Part shown: positions 18,655 to 27,823 of the stretch, one piece after another
Layout: each line of letters opens with the position of its first letter
How positions within the stretch are numbered: the stretch's first letter is position 1
Virus genome (UHGV): UHGV-0235716
Strand: one strand, 5' to 3'
From: a virus
DNA length: 37,986 nt
Program-made: the position numbers and the translations under genes
The notes under the pieces: model-generated
Databases searched by the model: none
What the model was told of the DNA's origin: nothing
The model's input: only the letters and a program-made list of their open reading frames with translations

Positions 18655-18836
18655 CTTTTCACTCCTCCTACTCCTCTTTCACAAATCTTTAAAACTTCGT
18701 TCACATTCTTTCTATCTTTTCATCACAGGATCATCACAAATCCTGTGTATAGTAATAATCAAACAAAGGCATTTAGTTTTTTATATAGATTTTCTTTTTC
18801 ATAATTAGCCGGTCATTGTACCGGCTTCTCCTCTGT

Positions 18837-19694
18837 TTACAGAAAGTCCTCTATGCTCATCTGATTATCTTTTTCAAATACAAGCATTTCATCTTTTGCC
18901 CTGTTATAAAATGTTCGGTCAATTTCAAATCCAAATGCATTCCTGTTAAGTTCTGCTGCTGCTCTTAGCGTGCTTCCACTTCCACAGCACGGATCTATCA
19001 CTACATCTCCCGGATCTGTAAAAATCTCAATCAATTTCTTCAGAACTCTAATTGGCTTTTGTGCTGGATGAATTTTAGGAATATCTTTTCCGTCTTTTTC
19101 CCATTCAAACCAATTGAAAATCATTTTTCCAGTACCTCTGATTGTTTTACCATTCTCATCCGTCTGTACTCCATTTCTGAATTTTGGTAGCCTGTCTCGA
19201 TAAAATACAAGTGCATACTCTGTTGCACCAACGACACGCATATTCGCCTTTAACACCTGCGGACTGTAATTTTTACAGAATACAAGCGGTATGTAATGTA
19301 TGAACCCATGTTTTTCAGCCGCCTTGATAAGTGTATGTATTTGCTCAAAGGAACAAAATACAATCATACACGGAGAATTACTGCTCCTGCCCCGTTTTAT
19401 CGGTTTTGTGTCATCTTTCTTTAACATCTTGCTACAAAAATGGAAATACTCATACAAGTTAAAATTAAAATCTGAGTTAAATGCTGCTTTTCCCGCCAGT
19501 TTACTCTCTCCATTCTTGTTATCACCGCCGTTATACCACATCGGATTACTTCCGTAGAAATTATTCCCAACATTATACGGCACATCTGCAATAATAAGCT
19601 GCGCCGGTGGTATTGCATATTTTTTATAGTTCTGCATAGAATCTCTATATATTTCACGCTTTATTTTTCTTTTTCTATTGTTTAATTTCTCCAT
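18837..19694 (-). CDS. Orphan N6-adenine/N4-cytosine DNA methyltransferase (beta class)
   Basis: IIADVPYN precedes HPAQKP and DPCCGSGST. Confidence 0.9.
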   Translation of the reverse strand: MEKLNNRKRKIKREIYRDSMQNYKKYAIPPAQLIIADVPYNVGNNFYGSNPMWYNGGDNKNGESKLAGKAAFNSDFNFNLYEYFHFCSKMLKKDDTKPIKRGRSSNSPCMIVFCSFEQIHTLIKAAEKHGFIHYIPLVFCKNYSPQVLKANMRVVGATEYALVFYRDRLPKFRNGVQTDENGKTIRGTGKMIFNWFEWEKDGKDIPKIHPAQKPIRVLKKLIEIFTDPGDVVIDPCCGSGSTLRAAAELNRNAFGFEIDRTFYNRAKDEMLVFEKDNQMSIEDFL

Positions 19695-20266
19695 TTTTTT
19701 AAGGAATCCGACATGTCTTTCCCGGCCGGGGATTCGGTCTCCTTTCTAAAATTTTCTACTCCACTTTCATAAATTTGTTCATTTCCTGCTGCCGGAAGGT
19801 CTTTCTTAGGCTTGTATGGTTCCGGAAGTGGACGCCATGCTATAACCTTTCGTTTCACAGCACAATTCCCCTTTTCGCACTTCCATTTTCCATCAATCGT
19901 ATAAGATGTTCCGGATTTTCGTGTTCCGTCTTCAAATTCAAAAGTTACATTTACTTTGTCCGACGACTTTTCAAACATTGCATTTGACCACATGTCTGTT
20001 CCTTTAAATTTTGCAAATATAGAATCATGTTCTTCCGGCAATCCGTCCTCTACTAGAATCCACCCGTCATTCGTATCTGTCGCATCATCCATGTGGGAAT
20101 GGATCATGCCTCTGCACCATACCAGCTCTTCATACCGACCTTGTACTCTTCCGTCTTCATAACACTCCTCACCATCCAGAAAATCATCATCTTCATTTAC
20201 TGGAATGTTTTCAACAATGTTCACACGTTCTTCTATCTCTTCCAAAATCTTCTCTAATGCTTGCAT
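19682..20266 (-). CDS. DUF551-like phage protein
   Basis: GWILVEDGLPE...VIAWRPLPEPY. Confidence 0.75.
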   Translation of the reverse strand: MQALEKILEEIEERVNIVENIPVNEDDDFLDGEECYEDGRVQGRYEELVWCRGMIHSHMDDATDTNDGWILVEDGLPEEHDSIFAKFKGTDMWSNAMFEKSSDKVNVTFEFEDGTRKSGTSYTIDGKWKCEKGNCAVKRKVIAWRPLPEPYKPKKDLPAAGNEQIYESGVENFRKETESPAGKDMSDSLKKWRN

Positions 20267-20514
20267 ATTATCCATCTCCTCAGTGTAATCCACATTTTAT
20301 CTTTTATATAATCTTCAATATTACTTTTTGCATTTCCTGGCTCGCAATAAATCATGCATCCTGTAAGCGTACTGTTCACCAAATCAGAATCCATAAAATC
20401 TGCACCATTCTTTTCAAGCCATGTATCTAATTCGCTGCTCACACTCATTAAATTCATTGCAAGTTTCTCGCGTCTATCAAGAAGATTTTGAACTCTCTTT
20501 GGAATTTTCATCAC
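20254..20514 (-). CDS. Hypothetical protein
   Basis: Overlap-coupled ORF with GGAGG RBS. Confidence 0.6.
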   Translation of the reverse strand: MMKIPKRVQNLLDRREKLAMNLMSVSSELDTWLEKNGADFMDSDLVNSTLTGCMIYCEPGNAKSNIEDYIKDKMWITLRRWIICKH

Positions 20515-20957
20515 TCCACCTCCAACAACTCTGCATTATCGAAAATATTTCCGATTACTTGCAACTTATCTTTCCAATGATATGTTGGTGAATATTCTAC
20601 CTTATTTGTCCAATGTATTAAGAATGACGTGTTTTCCAAATCGTATTCAATAAATCCGATAGACGGCTCACTTACAACATGTAAATCAGTTCTATTTACA
20701 ATATCATTCTCCCAAATCTTCTGACCGTTCTTATCTACAAGTCCGGTGTACTGGCAGAGAGTGGTTTGGTCAATTTCATGCATGACAATTATTTTCCCTA
20801 GCTCTTCGTCAACATTAACTTTGTTTCCTGTTGTATGAATATAATACTTTCCACCACTCCTTATTAAATCTCCCTCGACCCAAACATTATCAAATGCATG
20901 TTTTTCATTATGTTTTTTAGTTGTTCTTGCTTTAAAAAGTATTTCTCGCATATCCAC
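20511..20957 (-). CDS. YopX-family protein
   Basis: MREILFKA...CQYTGLVDKNGQKIWENDIV...VIGNIFDNAELL. Confidence 0.9.
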   Translation of the reverse strand: MDMREILFKARTTKKHNEKHAFDNVWVEGDLIRSGGKYYIHTTGNKVNVDEELGKIIVMHEIDQTTLCQYTGLVDKNGQKIWENDIVNRTDLHVVSEPSIGFIEYDLENTSFLIHWTNKVEYSPTYHWKDKLQVIGNIFDNAELLEVE

Positions 20958-20967
20958 TCACTCCAAT

Positions 20968-21465
20968 CTAATCTTTCATTCCTAATCTTCTGCAAACAGT
21001 GTTATATCCACAATTTAGTTTTTCAGCAATTTGGTTGATTGTTAACCCTTTGTTCCTAAGAGAAATCACTGTTTCTTTTGTAACATCACTTCTCGAAATA
21101 ATATGTCGCATCCTGTTTCCAAAATTTCTTTTATACTCTTCTGAAACATATTGAACTAAATTATGTTCTTTTGTATGTAACGAATTTTTAATTACTTGAA
21201 GATTAGAAATATTATTATTTAATTTATTTCCATCAATATGGTGAACGTGAATTTCTGAATCGAAATTAAATCCAACAATATATTTCCCAATTATTCTATG
21301 TACCGACACCTTGTCATGCTTTATTGAAATTCCAGCATATCCACGATAAAGATAAATTTTGTATTCGTCTTTGGGTGTGATATTTCTTCTACTACATTCT
21401 TCTTTTATTGCTTTTTCTAAAATTGAATAATCTACTATGCAGTTACATGCATTTTCAAATTTCAT
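20968..21465 (-). CDS. HNH endonuclease with C-terminal HTH
   Basis: VHRII...VHHIDGNKLNNNISNL...H; terminal TINQIAEKLNCGYNTVCRRL. Confidence 0.88.
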   Translation of the reverse strand: MKFENACNCIVDYSILEKAIKEECSRRNITPKDEYKIYLYRGYAGISIKHDKVSVHRIIGKYIVGFNFDSEIHVHHIDGNKLNNNISNLQVIKNSLHTKEHNLVQYVSEEYKRNFGNRMRHIISRSDVTKETVISLRNKGLTINQIAEKLNCGYNTVCRRLGMKD

Positions 21466-21973
21466 CTAAACCTCCGAAATCTAATCTCTGTCCGCACTCG
21501 TCGCAAAACCTCATATAACTTCTAAGTATTCCTCCGCATTTTGGACATTCCCCCACTCTGCATCCAATGGCTCCATTCACCCCGATGATAATCGGTTTCT
21601 TCGCCGTATCCCTCTCTGCTAGCTCCTGCACTTGCTCCGGAGTTAATCCGGTGTCTTCATACGCTTTTAATCTTTCTCTTAGGTCCGAATGACTCCATGC
21701 AAGCATATTGAACACAGCTATCAATCCGTCAATATCATTCCCTGCCGGATGCATCAGATTTTCGAAGAGAATTTCATCGAGAATCTCGTCGTCATCGTAC
21801 TGTTCATCGTACTGTGAATGGTTCTTTATGGTTTCTCGCATCATATCTCTTAATCTGATTTCATTGTCAAAATCTCTATACCATGTTTCTCCATCTCGTA
21901 TAAAGGTACAATTATGTGCAAGTTCATATGTTCCTGTTTCTTCCGTTATTTTGCTTATAGTTAATCTTCTCAC
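21455..21973 (-). CDS. Hypothetical protein with C-terminal zinc ribbon
   Basis: GTG after GGAGG; LKAYEDTGLTPEQ motif; CPKCG...FCDECGQRL. Confidence 0.75.
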   Translation of the reverse strand: MRRLTISKITEETGTYELAHNCTFIRDGETWYRDFDNEIRLRDMMRETIKNHSQYDEQYDDDEILDEILFENLMHPAGNDIDGLIAVFNMLAWSHSDLRERLKAYEDTGLTPEQVQELAERDTAKKPIIIGVNGAIGCRVGECPKCGGILRSYMRFCDECGQRLDFGGLDEI

Positions 21974-21986
21974 GCTCAATCCTCCA

Positions 21987-22151
21987 TCATTCTTTTTTTG
22001 TTTTAACTTCAAACCCCAATACGAAAATCCAAATCAACAGCCAAAACACCTCATTCATCGGATATGTTGTGTCAAACATCTCCATGAACGGCATATTTGT
22101 TATGTCTAATACCCAAAATATTAATAATAGAAATTGAATTAATGCTATCAC
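21987..22151 (-). CDS. 54-aa membrane protein with two hydrophobic segments
   Basis: GAGGTGA RBS; MIALIQFLLLIFWVLDITNMPFMEMFDTTYPMNEVFWLLIWIFVLGFEVKTKKE. Confidence 0.7.
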   Translation of the reverse strand: MIALIQFLLLIFWVLDITNMPFMEMFDTTYPMNEVFWLLIWIFVLGFEVKTKKE

Positions 22152-22155
22152 TCTA

Positions 22156-22383
22156 TCACCTCATTTCGAATTTATACCCCGGAACCCTTATCACTCTTGA
22201 TGCGCCCGGTTTTTCGTCCGTCTCCAAAATACCAAGCTCGAACATCCTTACCAAATGTCCTTGTACACTTGATGCTGACTTATATCCTGTCATCTTGGCT
22301 ATCTCGCGTACTGTTGGTGGATAGCCATGTTTTTGTATGTATTCTATAATCACCATTTTTATTGCTGCGTGTTGTGGTTTCAT
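22156..22383 (-). CDS. Stand-alone LexA-type DNA-binding domain
   Basis: EYIQKHGYPPTVREIAKMTGYKSASSVQGHL; 75 aa, no peptidase domain. Confidence 0.85.
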   Translation of the reverse strand: MKPQHAAIKMVIIEYIQKHGYPPTVREIAKMTGYKSASSVQGHLVRMFELGILETDEKPGASRVIRVPGYKFEMR

Positions 22384-22670
22384 CTTTTCTCCTTACTGCT
22401 GCCACCTTCGGCGTCATATAACGCCTCATAATCCGACAGCTCACTTATTTTTTCTTCCAAATCAAAATCTGTATAAAAACCTAAGTTTTCTATGGTTTCC
22501 AATTCTTTTACACTCAGGTTATCGAACGTATTATTTACTTGTTTTGAGATTGTATCTCCTTTGCACATCAATACAACATCTTTTTCCCATCTTTCCACAA
22601 ACTCATGTCCTCTGTAGATCAGTTTGTTTGTTATCGCTCCTTTTCGGACAAATTTTCTGTATAGTGCCAT
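22380..22670 (-). CDS. Hypothetical acidic protein
   Basis: AGGAGG RBS before ATG 22670. Confidence 0.65.
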   Translation of the reverse strand: MALYRKFVRKGAITNKLIYRGHEFVERWEKDVVLMCKGDTISKQVNNTFDNLSVKELETIENLGFYTDFDLEEKISELSDYEALYDAEGGSSKEKR

Positions 22671-22674
22671 GGTA

Positions 22675-22755
22675 CCTCCTTTCCTCCCAGCCATTCAGCC
22701 AGGAGGTATTTACAATTTTGTGATATATATCAACCCTTTACAGAGTTGGTGCCTC
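22675..22755 (-). ncRNA. Putative cis-regulatory RNA motif, copy A
   Basis: GGCA-hairpin-ATATATCACAAA-...-CCTCCTGGC[TGAATG]GCTGGGAGG, then the SD. Confidence 0.55.
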
Positions 22756-22937
22756 CAAATAATTCTTTTTAAATATCTGCATCCATTCCAGTTCCTGATC
22801 TTCTTAAATCGCTCCCTGTTCCCCATATTCCGACTATTCTGATTCACCATACAGCATACCTCTGTCCATTCTGCTGCGAATTTCTCATATTCTTCGAGGG
22901 AGTTGAATCTGTTTTTAATCAATTCTGTGTGTATCAT
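22710..22937 (-). CDS. Hypothetical protein
   Basis: Overlaps the stop of the replication initiator; GAGGGAG RBS. Confidence 0.55.
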   Translation of the reverse strand: MIHTELIKNRFNSLEEYEKFAAEWTEVCCMVNQNSRNMGNRERFKKIRNWNGCRYLKRIIWRHQLCKGLIYITKL

Positions 22938-23824
22938 TTACACTCCCTCACTTCATCTGCCGCAAGTATCTGAGCTTCTAATGCATCCATATCATATTTT
23001 CTTCCATCAAAGTTATTAAAAGATTTCTTCTTTGCTTTCTGTGCACTCTCTGATTTCTTCTTTTTAGGTTTTGATAATGGATAGAAACCTTTCCAAAGAC
23101 CTGTTGTTGCTTTTCTCAGCATTGCAAGCTGTTCTTCTCTATCAACAGATATAGAAAGTAATTCTTCTCTTAACATCTGTATCTGAGTATCCGATAAGTC
23201 GTCTCCATTGTTATTACGAGTCATTACATACAACTGAAAATATCTCTCAACCTCAGAATCGCCGAAGGCATCTATATATACTTTTTTATTTTCTTTTATT
23301 TCTATAGGACTTACTTCCGAAGTATCTCGAATTTCTTCCGAATTAATTCGATTAACTTCCGAACTAATTCCGTTTAAGGGTGACTTTAATACAGGCTCCT
23401 CCATCTTTTCTTTATCCAGGAGCCAATACTTATCACTATAGAGCTGTCTTTTCATGCGTTTTACTGCTATCTCGTAATAACGTCGTTGAATTCCAACAGA
23501 GGTGATGATGTTTTTCGTCATGAGGTCATCATCCAAGAGACCTATCTCAGAGCAAAAGTGCACCACTTGCACGACAGCCTTTTTATTTTTGATCCATTTG
23601 TTCCCAATCATCCTTGTGATCATTCTCGATAGCTTATCCAAAGGGATCTCGGCATAATAGCCATTTTTATAAACTATGCAGAGTATACAATCATAAATTG
23701 TCACTCCGAGTGGACCGTATTCGTCCAGTAGTTCGAAGATTTTATCATCTTCGTAGAAATCAAGCATCTTCGGATAATATGTAAGTCCCGGTTTATTCGG
23801 AGCTCCACGCCCCATACGGACCAC
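22934..23824 (-). CDS. Replication initiator (DUF4373/Lin1244-like N-terminus)
   Basis: GLTYYP...EYGPLGVTIY...IYKNGYY-like segment, ITSVGIQRRY, FNNFDGRKYDMDALE; internal iterons. Confidence 0.82.
   Translation of the reverse strand: MVRMGRGAPNKPGLTYYPKMLDFYEDDKIFELLDEYGPLGVTIYDCILCIVYKNGYYAEIPLDKLSRMITRMIGNKWIKNKKAVVQVVHFCSEIGLLDDDLMTKNIITSVGIQRRYYEIAVKRMKRQLYSDKYWLLDKEKMEEPVLKSPLNGISSEVNRINSEEIRDTSEVSPIEIKENKKVYIDAFGDSEVERYFQLYVMTRNNNGDDLSDTQIQMLREELLSISVDREEQLAMLRKATTGLWKGFYPLSKPKKKKSESAQKAKKKSFNNFDGRKYDMDALEAQILAADEVRECK
23314..23363. repeat. Putative origin iterons
   Basis: CTTCCGAA at 23314, 23335 and 23356 (21-bp period), next to an AT-rich tract. Confidence 0.65.
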
Positions 23825-24265
23825 CTACTCTCCTTTTCTATATTCCTCAATCGTCACATCTACACCTTCCAGTGCAGAATAAACTTTCTTTGCTTTTACC
23901 AATACAACTTGCGAATCGTCCTGATAGGCAACGCTATTCAGGGCATCTGCAATTACTTTTACAATATTATCCATATCCGGCTTTTTAAGCGGAAGAATTT
24001 CTCCATCTAACATCTGCTGCAGCTTTTTCTTAGAAGTGCTCTTTGCCGGCATATATCTCGCAATGATGCAGAGTGTAACCGGTTCGCCTTTCTCGAACTT
24101 ACAACCTTTTGCAGCGTGAATGTACATCGTCTTAATCAGATTCTCGTATAATACCGTATTATCTGGTGTTACTGACATATGTCTGCCGAGATTCGGATTA
24201 TAAAATGTACGTGCTCTTGCCTTCCCTTGTGGTTTTCCTGGCACGTGAAAACTGACTGATTTCAT
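23825..24265 (-). CDS. rusA: RusA-family Holliday junction resolvase
   Basis: PGKPQGKARAR...KKPDMDNIVKVIADALNSVAYQDDSQVV. Confidence 0.92.
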   Translation of the reverse strand: MKSVSFHVPGKPQGKARARTFYNPNLGRHMSVTPDNTVLYENLIKTMYIHAAKGCKFEKGEPVTLCIIARYMPAKSTSKKKLQQMLDGEILPLKKPDMDNIVKVIADALNSVAYQDDSQVVLVKAKKVYSALEGVDVTIEEYRKGE

Positions 24266-24269
24266 ATTT

Positions 24270-24364
24270 CTCCTTTTCGTCTCCCACGTTCAGTAGGAGG
24301 CATTGAAACAAGTTTTATAGTTTCATTTGTGATATATGATTTTATCCCTTTTAAGGAGATGCCA
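24270..24364 (-). ncRNA. Putative cis-regulatory RNA motif, copy B
   Basis: GGCA-hairpin-ATATATCACAAA-hairpin-CTCCTAC[TGAAC]GTGGGAG, then the SD of rusA. Confidence 0.55.
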
Positions 24365-25921
24365 TTATAAATCCATATATGTCTCTATCCCCTGTTTCAA
24401 ATCAACAGTAGGATTTACACTCCATCTATCCCAAAAATCAATCGTTCTTGATTGTGGGCGCTCATTCGCCAACTCTACTTGAATTTTTAACGGAATCGGT
24501 ACTGCATCGCCGATGATCAGAACCTCTCCAGGGCTAAAAGTCGTTGTACTGTCGATAATGTTTTCATTGCCATCCGGCAGCATTCCCTTGACCATGGTTT
24601 TATCGTTCTCATTGTTTAGTTTCGATACAATGAAGTTTGCACATTGTGCCATGATTGTCTTATTCAATTCCGATGGCCTTTGACTTGCTGGGAATAACGT
24701 GATTCCGAACTTACGCCCTTCTTTTGCAATATCTTCAAATATTTCAACCATTCGCTTCTCCGATGCAGACAACTGAAAGTTGTTCGGGATATATACATGT
24801 GCTTCATCACACACAAGCACTACCGGACAAACCTTGTCGCTTTCAAACGTTCTTTGAATGTCATAAACTAATTTTGTAATAACTCCAATAACCGGAATGG
24901 CTACATCGTGCGGAATCTCTGACAAGTCAATATTTTTTATCGGCTTATCATTTTTCATGATCTGCTCAACCACCTCGAATAAATACTTCTGCTTATGATC
25001 TCCAAACAGGAATGTATATCTCTTATCAAGTAATTTATCCTGCATCGTATTAATTACACCTGTCAGTTTTCCGTTAAAGTCCCCTTTTACCGTTTTAGCA
25101 AGTCCTGCCTTATCTCCAGTCTTATAAATTTCCCCAGTCGGCTTTTCTTCATTATTCAAGCGCACCATTTCCGCAAGTAAATTCATAAAATCAAAATAAA
25201 CAGGCCTGTTTTCTTTTCCGTCTGAACATATACTGTAATAGCATTTTCGAAGAGCTGACATCACTACTGAAGAACTCTCCTCCCGGATTTTTAAGATATT
25301 TGTTACCATATTAGAAAATCCAAACAGCCATATAGGAAATGAAAAATCTTTTCCAATCTTAATGTTTCTTGCATAAGATAACTTTCCATACTCTCCGTGG
25401 ATATCAAATACAATAATGTTCGTTCCGGAAAGCTTCGCTGACTCCTCTAAAATTTTTGCAACTGTCTCAGATTTTCCGGAACCGGTGTTTCCGACAATAC
25501 AGGAATGACGTTGGAAAAACTTATTCCCGTCCACAAATGCAGGACAATTATGCTGCACATAGTTTCCAATATAGAATCCACCGCCTTCATACTTTGAAAG
25601 CATCTTCCGGAATTCTTCGGAAGTGATTTCTCTCGATTGAATATCCGTTGTTGGATACCGGTCAATTGCTTTTTGAAAGATACCGTTTCGAATACTTCCA
25701 ATGATGGAACATTCTATCACTTTGATTCCATCGTTCTCAAAAATGAAATCCTCTTCTCCGATAGAATCACCGGTATCTGTTTCCATCAGAGATGTCACAA
25801 CCGTTACCAGTTCTACGTCTCCATCAGATACTGCAATCAGGCTGTTGATTCGTATATCCCGAAACTCAAACCGGTCTGATTTAATCTGTATTTTGTCACT
25901 TAATATTTTTATCAGTTTCAA
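24365..25921 (-). CDS. HerA/DUF87-family ATPase
   Basis: HSCIVGNTGSGKS, FDIHGEY, VCDEAH, IAKEGRKFG, SQRPSEL. Confidence 0.9.
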   Translation of the reverse strand: MKLIKILSDKIQIKSDRFEFRDIRINSLIAVSDGDVELVTVVTSLMETDTGDSIGEEDFIFENDGIKVIECSIIGSIRNGIFQKAIDRYPTTDIQSREITSEEFRKMLSKYEGGGFYIGNYVQHNCPAFVDGNKFFQRHSCIVGNTGSGKSETVAKILEESAKLSGTNIIVFDIHGEYGKLSYARNIKIGKDFSFPIWLFGFSNMVTNILKIREESSSVVMSALRKCYYSICSDGKENRPVYFDFMNLLAEMVRLNNEEKPTGEIYKTGDKAGLAKTVKGDFNGKLTGVINTMQDKLLDKRYTFLFGDHKQKYLFEVVEQIMKNDKPIKNIDLSEIPHDVAIPVIGVITKLVYDIQRTFESDKVCPVVLVCDEAHVYIPNNFQLSASEKRMVEIFEDIAKEGRKFGITLFPASQRPSELNKTIMAQCANFIVSKLNNENDKTMVKGMLPDGNENIIDSTTTFSPGEVLIIGDAVPIPLKIQVELANERPQSRTIDFWDRWSVNPTVDLKQGIETYMDL

Positions 25922-25924
25922 TGT

Positions 25925-26674
25925 TTAAACCTCCATAAGTTCGTTGTAATTCCGTATTTTTGCTTTTTTGATACTTTTGCAGTAATCGCATACACCGCAA
26001 TATTCCGGCTCCCGATACCCCTCTTTGATTTCCGAAAAACGTTCCATGGTTATTTCCATTTCGGAAAGTGCCACATCGAGCGTATCCTGCGGAATCTGAA
26101 AAATATCTATATCAATCACTCTTTCCTTTGTAGCAACTGCAAGGTAAAACGGGAGTTTCTCTCCAGTTACAATCTCCACACCTTTCTGATATAATGCTCC
26201 CTGCAGATCATATCTCCAAAGCGGAAGATTTTTAAATTTTGCAACAACCTTTAAATCTGTAATACAGATTCCTGGAAGATAACTATCCATCTTCATCTTC
26301 CAAGGAACTCCGAATAATTCAAATGTCATAATTCTCTGCTTTTCACCGGACATAAATTTCGTAAATGTTTCATCGCTCTTAATTCTTCCGATGATTTCAT
26401 TTGCTTTTCGAAATTCACTTCGCAGTTCATTCTTTCTTGTGAACACTGCCGGATGCTCTTTAATAAACTGATCCAAGGTTCCCTCAAAGTAAGAATCCAC
26501 AAAAGAACCAATCAGCATTGCTCGCGTCATTTCCGGCTTATACGCACCGGAAATTTTCGCCATTGCCATTGCTTCACATTTTGTAAAGTCTTTATACTGG
26601 GATACGGAAAAATACTTTGCATTCGCATCTTCCGAATAATAATTATTTTGATCGAGATTCATCCGTTTCAGCAC
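25925..26674 (-). CDS. PD-(D/E)XK exonuclease (RecE/ExoVIII-like)
   Basis: SVSQYKDF, WKMKMDSY, ITDLK, YDLQGALY, CGVCDYC. Confidence 0.85.
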   Translation of the reverse strand: MLKRMNLDQNNYYSEDANAKYFSVSQYKDFTKCEAMAMAKISGAYKPEMTRAMLIGSFVDSYFEGTLDQFIKEHPAVFTRKNELRSEFRKANEIIGRIKSDETFTKFMSGEKQRIMTFELFGVPWKMKMDSYLPGICITDLKVVAKFKNLPLWRYDLQGALYQKGVEIVTGEKLPFYLAVATKERVIDIDIFQIPQDTLDVALSEMEITMERFSEIKEGYREPEYCGVCDYCKSIKKAKIRNYNELMEV

Positions 26675-27482
26675 CCCCTTCTGTTTCCTTAAATGGATCC
26701 GTTACGCCTTCGCCTTTCAACCGTGGAAGATCGAAATAATCTTCTCTCTTTGCCATGCCATCATGTAGTGATTTGTATACTCTCTTTAAGCGTACAAGAT
26801 CGTTCATGCTGAACGCTTCCGATTTGCAGCCAATATACTTTTCTATTGCCTCTATCGGCACACTAAACTCTCTTTCGAAAATGGCAGCCATATCTCTTAC
26901 CAAATCAATTACCGGTTTTTTTTCTCCCTCCGACATTGTTTTATTGCATTGATCTATTGCTGCATCTTGGACATCTCCTGGAATTACACCAAGTATGCAC
27001 GCTCTTACTCGTCTTGCTCCTTGATTTGCAACCATTTCATAAATATCTCTCGGATCCGTAAGTGGAACGTTTCCTTTTTTTGTTGATCTGATATGAGGAA
27101 CTGTAAATACCTTTGTCTGTCTTGTGTTTGTTTCTAAATCCCATGCATAAGCCATAACTTGACTTTCCCCATTTTTTTGCTCCAATTCAATAATGCCAAA
27201 ATCAATATTTCCCCAATTTTGTGCCATTGCTTCTGCTAATCGAATTGATGGACCTACAACCTTTGTTCCTCCTCGAGGATATTCATACATTGCATTTTCT
27301 GCGAGTCCCTTTCTCTGGCAGGCTCTTACAATACGGTTAAAACTTTCCACTTCGTCTCTCGGAAATTTTTTGGCCATTACAATAGCCCCCTGTACTTCTT
27401 GTGCCTGCCTGCTCATCATCATCTCTGTCTGAGATGTTCTGACCTGCATACCTGTACCATCATGCACCATTATTTCATTCAT
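26643..27482 (-). CDS. Putative single-strand annealing recombinase
   Basis: Coupled to the exonuclease; AKKFPRD...GPSIRLAE...WGN...AWDLETN motif. Function inferred from position. Confidence 0.55.
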   Translation of the reverse strand: MNEIMVHDGTGMQVRTSQTEMMMSRQAQEVQGAIVMAKKFPRDEVESFNRIVRACQRKGLAENAMYEYPRGGTKVVGPSIRLAEAMAQNWGNIDFGIIELEQKNGESQVMAYAWDLETNTRQTKVFTVPHIRSTKKGNVPLTDPRDIYEMVANQGARRVRACILGVIPGDVQDAAIDQCNKTMSEGEKKPVIDLVRDMAAIFEREFSVPIEAIEKYIGCKSEAFSMNDLVRLKRVYKSLHDGMAKREDYFDLPRLKGEGVTDPFKETEGGAETDESRSK

Positions 27483-27509
27483 ATCTTTACCTCCTGTTAC
27501 TTACAAAAC

Positions 27510-27671
27510 TTAATTTTCTTCCTCCTCGTGTACATAGTTTCCTGAGTAAAACCACTCAACAAACTCTTTTTGTAATTCCTCATCCCATTGCATCTGCTCT
27601 AATGCGTATTGATAAGCGTCGCAATCATTTACGCATGTCCCTTTCTCTTGTCCTGCAATTCCTATGTACAT
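27510..27671 (-). CDS. 53-aa acidic hypothetical protein
   Basis: AAGGAG RBS; MYIGIAGQEKG...EFVEWFYSGNYVHEEEEN. Confidence 0.7.
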   Translation of the reverse strand: MYIGIAGQEKGTCVNDCDAYQYALEQMQWDEELQKEFVEWFYSGNYVHEEEEN

Positions 27672-27823
27672 GCAATCAACTCCTTTAATGCAAATTGCCC
27701 GTCTTTTTCCTGCTTAAGCAATTGTTCGTATTGTTCCTCTGTTTCTTTACGTTTTGCTATGCAGTCACACTTTTCGCCCGGGTCTAAATTTGCTCCACAG
27801 CTTCGGCACACATATTTATACAT
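27662..27823 (-). CDS. 53-aa zinc-finger protein
   Basis: MYKYVCRSCGANLDPGEKCDC... Confidence 0.75.
   Translation of the reverse strand: MYKYVCRSCGANLDPGEKCDCIAKRKETEEQYEQLLKQEKDGQFALKELIACT

Noticed and set aside
18660..18830. Possible small gene downstream of the methyltransferase
   Set aside because: Minus-strand frames are interrupted by stops or lack a credible start; at most a decayed remnant.
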